DNA of 64,000 nt. Source: Gekko japonicus. Lineage: Eukaryota. Shown here piece by piece: positions 59,200-64,000 of the stretch. The notes under the pieces are model-generated. The model ran no database searches, was not told where the DNA came from, and saw nothing but the letters and a program-made list of their open reading frames with translations. The stretch spans positions 755,007 to 819,006 of the forward strand of contig NW_015166441.1 in assembly GCF_001447785.1 (NCBI RefSeq), written 5' to 3'. Each line of letters starts with the position of its first letter. Position 1 is the first letter of the stretch. Both the position numbers and the translations under genes were made by a program.

Positions 59200-59436
59200 C
59201 TTGGACAGTGTAGCTGAGCCATCTTTGTTTGTAGATACGCACTCAGAAGATGGGTAGCTACTGCTGCAGTAGCCAACTTTTTGTATTATTTTTTAGTGTC
59301 TTAGACATGATAGTATTCTTTCTGTCAGATACAAGAAGGACATTTTCAATGTACAATCTGTTTAAATTCTTTTGAAAGCCAGTAAAAAAACCCAGCATAA
59401 GATAAGGAGCTGTGTAAATTCATTACAAGACCCGTT

Positions 59437-59442
59437 AATAAA
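59437..59442 (+). terminator. Candidate PRPF38A polyadenylation signal AATAAA
   Basis: First AATAAA after the stop codon, followed by GT/T-rich sequence. Confidence 0.55.
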
Positions 59443-61211
59443 GAATTGTTTATTTGGCGTTTTTACAATGTCTGATTGTTATGCAACTACTCATTTTTAC
59501 AAAGCCCAACAAACCATCAAAATACTACTAAGACTACAGGGATTGGTAAGTGAGAAAGCGGATAATTATTATTGTAAGTTCTGTATGAAAACCATTATGT
59601 TATTAATATTCCTTTCTACATATGTCCTGCATATGATTATACTTATACATCTCCCAGAGGTGATGAACTTGCACAATTTTCAGAAAGATGGTATGCAGAG
59701 TTGCAATTTAGGGGAAGTTTGCAACTTTAAAAAATGGTCTAATACACTCCTTTATAACACAGGGATTGGTAATCTAAATTGACAGAGCTTCTGGGCATAT
59801 TTTGCCCACCTTTCTAGAAGGTAGGAGTGTGTGACATTGCATTCAGCATATATGCTTTTCAAAAAAATTTTATAGAAACATGTAATTCATCCTAGGTATT
59901 CCAAGCATTCTCTTGTGGATGTCATAGGCTTAAATTCTTTAAAGTAGGAAGTTTCAATACAAACAGAAGGTAACAAACTTTTCATTTGAGTTCTGAACAA
60001 CTCAGCATTAATAGTAGGTTACCATATGGAACCTATGCAAATTTAGTCATAATCCAGTCATACTGAATTATATTGCAACCCTAGTTTGCAGGCACATTGG
60101 ATTATATTGCTTTATAATGTTCTCTAACATTTTGGTTATTCTCAATGATAGAAGTTCAGGACTGAGGGAAAGCTGCTGTTATCCAGACTGCATACACTAG
60201 GGGTCTCCAACAGGCTGTTTGTGAGCTACTCGCAGCTCACCAGCTGTTATAAAGTAGCATGTGCATCCCTAGAAAAACCAGGAAAAGATTGCAAAAAGAT
60301 CTGCTCTAGGTTTTTGTTCTTTAAAATGTTATTTCATAGGATTATGAAAGCTTCATTTCTAGTCCATGTCAATGTCTTACTGCTCTTCCTAGTCCATGTT
60401 AATTTCTAGGACAGAACAAAATTAGGTAACATGTCCAGGGCAGGGGGGTACCTTAGGATATTTTTCATTATTCAGAAATGGCTCTCTTTAAAAAGTTGGC
60501 AATTTTGGACAAACAATCTGTCTTTAATTTGTCAAGTGAAGCATCAAGCATATACACTTATTCATCAATGTAAGGATGAACAGGAGGAATTTCAAGAGGG
60601 AGAGATGGGCTGGCCTTCACAAGCCCACGGGCTTCCTCTCTACTTTCACTTCTGGAATCTGACCAAAAAACTTGCAAAGACTTCTGTAAAGTCTGAAAGT
60701 TTATGTAGTCTGATACTAACTTAAGTTGGTTCTGAAGTGATATTTAACCTAGTCTGTAATCTTAAAAAGACTAACATTATAGCCAGATGCACCCAAACTA
60801 GAAGAACATTCTGGTTGTGATTTCTAATTTTGCAATTTTATTTGTTTCTTTAAAAAAATTTGGCACTACATTGTTCTGTAAAGGTGACAGTCTTTAACAC
60901 AAAAAAACCCCTTTCTAATTTCTTTTTAGAACAATCGATATAAAGTTTGAACCAAGGTATGAATAAAGCTAATAGAAAATAAACAACTTAATTTTAAAAA
61001 CTCTCTTTACATTTTATCAAGATAAAATAAAACACAGTTGCCCTTAAAATAGGGTAATAAAATAGATGACATTTGTATCACAGTTGTGATACTGGTAAAA
61101 ACTATATTTTATATCTATGTACAAATGATACAGTTAAAAATTTTAAATAATCTCTAATCCAATAAGATTTTAATCCAGAACCTGATTTCTTCCCATCCTC
61201 TTAATTAAACT

Positions 61212-62550
61212 TCATTTTTTCTGTTGAATAAAATTCATGTTCAAGTGTGGGTGTCCTTGAGACAGAAGAGAAAAGCGCTGGTTGTTCTGCATCAGTAAGC
61301 CAGCTAAAAGAAAATGAATTACAATTACTTTAGCGGACACATTAGTTAAATCTACTGTACTTAATACACAGGTTAAAGACAAGTTGGATACAATGCCCAG
61401 TGGGCTTCACAGTGGGAATGGTGACTTGATGGACAGGAGACTGTAACACTCAGATGTATCAGCAGACTGTAGTTTAGCTGTATAAGAATTATCCCTTACT
61501 AAATCTGAATCTTGAAAAGTCCACCTTGAGCAGATAGTGGCTTAACAGGCAATCCTGTAAGGCAGATAAATTTGAAACTATTCAGGAAACATCAATGTAA
61601 GGAACATTTGCCGAAGTAATTTCATACTACTTATCTCTACAATTAGAGTGATTCTTTTGTTGTCAAAGGTTACAACTTTAACAGTCATAACAAAAAGGAA
61701 ACTTGTATAGATGAGAAACCAAGGAAAATCCCTTCTTCTGCAGAAACAACAAATTAATTAAATTAACAATGTGAATCCTGTTAATCTTGTTCCAGTGACC
61801 CAAAGGAGGCAAGCTGCATTCAGACAATTGATGATTAACTCCCTAATAGTATGCCTGTAAGCATACCAGCTTAGAAATAAGTTTCAGTGGAAAACCAAAA
61901 AAACTCCTTTAAGGGAAGAATTTATATATAAATTGTTAGAAGTGGCTGAAATTGAAAAGTTAACTCTTATGTTACAAGGTAAAAATGAAGAAGTATTTGA
62001 GAACTTATGGTCAAGAGTCTATAGATGGATTGAGAAAACCTCAAAGTGATGAATTCCTAAATTGCTGTAAAGTGTAATCTTATAAAACTGTAAACACTGG
62101 AAGAATCTTGGTACTATGATATGTTGTAAGCGAAATTCCAAGATGTTTTTCTGTTTTGGAAAAATTAAAAATATAATTAAAAAAATAAGTAAGTTTCACT
62201 ATATTTAAAGATCTATGATTCTTACATCTTATTAAAGGCTGATTTGCAACTACCATCCTAACTCTCACTGATTCCCATGGGGTTATTTCAGGATAAGGGG
62301 ATTAACAGCTGTAGACAAGTATCAGTGAAAAAAAGAGTTAGCGAAGTGCTTCATATATTTGCTCTAGTACCTTGAGGGTAGAAAGATTTGTTCAGTGGAT
62401 AGCTGGCATTTCCCTGTTGCATGTAGTTTGGAGACATACTGTAAGGCCACGTCCCTCGAAGTAGAGGAAAATGGGCAGGGGCACTGGGGTCCCAAGGAAC
62501 AGGAGGAGGAGGAGGGTTCACTTTACCAAACTGTCCTTGGAAGCTCTGAT
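61212..62550 (-). CDS. TUT4: Terminal uridylyltransferase 4 (ZCCHC11), last two coding exons; gene continues beyond window end
   Basis: Exon 62371-62550 encodes QSFQGQFGKVNPPPPPVPWDPSAPAHFPLLRGTWPYSMSPNYMQQGNASYPLNKSFYPQ, resembling the recalled human PIPWEHAPRPHFPLVPASWPYGLHQNFMHQGNARFQPNKPFYTQ. Exon 61212-61303 encodes AGLLMQNNQRFSLLSQGHPHLNMNFIQQKK*. Synteny supports the call. Confidence 0.85.
61887..62189 (+). mobile_element. 5'-truncated L1 3' end
   Basis: PLREEFIYKLLEVAEIEKLT..FENLWSRVYRW; A-rich tail; candidate TSD taagtttca. Confidence 0.7.
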
Positions 62551-63721
62551 CTAGTATTTATTCAAAAGGGAAAAGGAGGCATCGCTTATCATGAAACATT
62601 ATATGAAAAAGTGCATCAGTAACTGCCAAACCTTTAAATCAGTAAATATCAAACATATATTTTTAAAAAACTTACTGTTTAACTATGCATAACAACTTTG
62701 TCTATCTTGACTTTTTCCCCAATACACTTCAATGGTGTTTCCAGAATAAGAAACATGCACAGTAATCTACTAACTAGAAGAAGGTTTGTGTATTAAAAGC
62801 ATAATTGTTGTATCAAGTACTGAAAATGTGTGCTTGATTGACTACATTAAAAAATGCAGTTTTCTTGTGAGTGGTGTAAGAACATTCATTTCTGGGTAGC
62901 CTGGCACTGAAGAAATCATATAGTACACCAAGCCATAATAAATTTTTAAAAGTCAATCTTACTACTCAAACATTAATGATAATTAATTATAACAGTGAAC
63001 ACTTAATAAAAGAATAATGTAACACATTAGGAGGCTGGCATTAACAGTGATAGAGATAGGAAACAAACACAGGCTCTGGTAATTCTACAAACAAAGGTAA
63101 CAGAACTCACACTAACCCAGAAACAAATTCCTCTGACTCAGATGTCCTCCTTTTCAGCCTAGATGCAAGGAGTGTGCTTGTGGCTATGCTGTGGTATTCT
63201 GCATATGCTTTAATTTGTCCAAGGATTTTTCTTTAATTTGTCCAAGGATTGCTGTAGCACTGAAAACTAGTTTTCAGGCAATGCCATGGCTTAAACTATA
63301 TCCTCACAGGCTATACTGGTCTTTTATGGAAAATTTTACGTTTGATTATCAGGATTTGAGAGGCTATGCTGAGTGTTCTGCCTGCTCATGAGGAGGTTTG
63401 TGGCTATAGTTCCCATGTGTAGCCCTTTTCATTTTACTTAAGAGTTGTTCCTGAACTTCAGGAACCCACAGGAGCACTATTCAACATGGCCTGATGGGCT
63501 AAAGCAAGAAAGCAAAATGGGCAGCATTTCATGTGGAGATGCAGACACACTTTCCACTTGAGCACAGGATTCTTTTGATTTGCAGCTGTCGTCTCTACAT
63601 ACCTTGTCTTATCAACTTGTCTGTGGATGCAGTTTTGGAACCTATGTTTCTCAACAGAAAACCCAAACTCCTTTCCCTTTAGGGATAAATCAAGATGGGC
63701 AGCCATATTAGTATGTCTGCT

Positions 63722-63965
63722 GCAGCAGAAAAGAATCCAGTAGCACCTTAAAGACTAACAAAATTTGTGGTAAGGTATGAGCTTTTGTGAGTCACCGCTC
63801 ACTTCTTCAGATACAGCTAGAATGTGAGTCCATCTATCCTATATCTTGGAATGTGGAGTGGTTTCAGATACCAAATGACATTAGCAGGCAAATGACAATA
63901 GAAGGTGTGATTGGATTAGGTGTGATATGCAGAGAAGTAGTAGGCATGGAAAAATCAGCATTGAA
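63722..63965 (-). mobile_element. Penelope-like pseudo-LTR with hammerhead remnant
   Basis: Paralogous to 52103-52460. Confidence 0.82.
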
Positions 63966-64000
63966 AACTCCCTTCAACAAAGAATTAATAGTCTGACATC

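Overview
Vertebrate genomic DNA, most likely a squamate and probably a gecko, judging by the Sauria, Squam3 and 5S SINEs and the BovB, L2, CR1 and Penelope repeats. It holds the conserved gene block CC2D1B - ORC1 - PRPF38A - TUT4/ZCCHC11. CC2D1B is on the minus strand (5' part, 10 coding exons, runs off the window start). ORC1 is on the minus strand (complete, 17 coding exons). PRPF38A is on the plus strand (complete, 10 exons, 312 aa). TUT4 is on the minus strand (last two coding exons). ORC1 and PRPF38A share a bidirectional CpG promoter with an E2F site. Main observations: (1) two TSD-flanked ORF1-only (half-L1-like) retroelements that share a terminal UUCG-type hairpin, plus a third TSD-flanked non-autonomous element; (2) an apparent T9-homopolymer frameshift in the penultimate ORC1 exon, together with substitutions in the BAH methyl-lysine cage; (3) decayed minimal hammerhead ribozymes in Penelope-like fragments; (4) two long intronic inverted repeats; (5) back-to-back polyA signals between PRPF38A and TUT4. 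Exon boundaries were derived by hand from GT/AG sites and phase continuity. Comparisons to human and mouse proteins and to repeat consensi are from memory, not from database searches.
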